Assembly: GCA_028023455.1 (NCBI GenBank)
Contig: JAQFVV010000008.1
Location: 5,952,001 to 6,016,000 of the forward strand
Direction of reading: 5' to 3'
Origin: Epiperipatus broadwayi
Lineage: Eukaryota > Animalia > Onychophora
DNA length: 64,000 nt
Shown here: positions 63,304-64,000 of the stretch, piece after piece
Layout of the letters: every line of letters starts with the position of its first letter
Numbering within the stretch: position 1 is the stretch's first letter
The notes under the pieces: model-generated
Seen by the model: the letters and a program-made list of their open reading frames with translations, nothing else
Databases searched by the model: none
What the model was told of the DNA's origin: nothing
Program-made: the position numbers and the translations under genes

Positions 63304-64000
63304 CTATTACCTTTTATTCATTATTGTAATCTAATTAAATATAATTCAAAAATTAATGGATACTCATTAGCATAATAATAATGGTTAGTTAAAGTGCTAA
63401 TAATAATTATTAAAGAATTAAAACAAGAACAACTTTCATCTTTAATTCAGTCATTTTTATTTCAAAATTAAATACTATACTCTTAATAAAATAATAAAAA
63501 TAATGCTAAGAATATGTAGTTTGTGATATAAAAATAATTAAACACCCTAAGAAATTTCCAAAAAAGATAAACTTAAATAACACTTTCTGTTTATATTTAA
63601 TTTAGTACAAAGTATTCAAACTTCATTCTTTTAAATAACTTTATTTATTCATCTTATGTTACTGAATATTCTTCAACTGTTTATTATATATTTATTATAT
63701 TTTAACAATGGCTTTATTTTCAGCCATCTCATTTCAAATTCATATTTTACAATCATACATATTTCATCTATCATGGAGTATTTCTAAATATGCATAATTT
63801 TTTCACCATTGACTCTCATAGTAATAATATTTTAGATGCAACAACACAACAATATTATGTATGTAATCAAACATGTAAATAAATTCTAAAAGCAAACAAA
63901 TTTAACTATAATTACAGTAATAATTTTGGGAAAGTCTTTCAGATAGCAGATCAAAGATTAAATCCAGAAAATCTGTAAATAACTAACTTTTTGATGACAG

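Noticed and set aside
52834-64000. Further TRPC exons downstream (and upstream in 1-13732)
   Set aside because: I found no segment with both TRPC-like translation and splice sites; the flanking exons probably lie outside the window, though a short exon could be missed.
1-64000. CRISPR arrays, rRNA genes, prokaryotic operons
   Set aside because: None seen; the window is intron-rich eukaryotic DNA and its repeats lack repeat-spacer periodicity.

Overview
AT-rich eukaryotic DNA, probably an invertebrate such as an arthropod (inference). The window holds four + strand exons of a TRPC-family channel gene (13733-13928, 23928-24122, 42272-42313, 52650-52833). They splice in frame and encode the pore helix, S6, TRP box and C-terminal coiled coil; the gene starts and ends outside the window. 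The channel differs at two normally near-invariant motifs (LFW to LIF; SYF to SCF). The 10-18 kb introns are packed with mobile DNA. The youngest large insertion is a full-length 6089-bp L1/Tx1-type LINE (25803-31891) with a perfect 15-bp TSD, an intact ORF1, and an ORF2 broken only by one extra T in a homopolymer. Two older relatives lie nearby, along with RTE, CR1/L2-group, Gypsy and mariner remnants, a hAT MITE, tRNA-Gly-derived SINEs and several fold-back repeats. The most interesting signal is a set of Penelope-like (GIY-YIG) elements whose 3' repeats carry hammerhead-ribozyme-like motifs. One family has a compensated A3-U8 core variant (60114-60152, 60393-60431). Another has a tRNA-like A/B-box segment directly upstream of the hammerhead in all four copies (53.5-57.6 kb). 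All calls were made by eye; boundaries of degenerate repeats are approximate.
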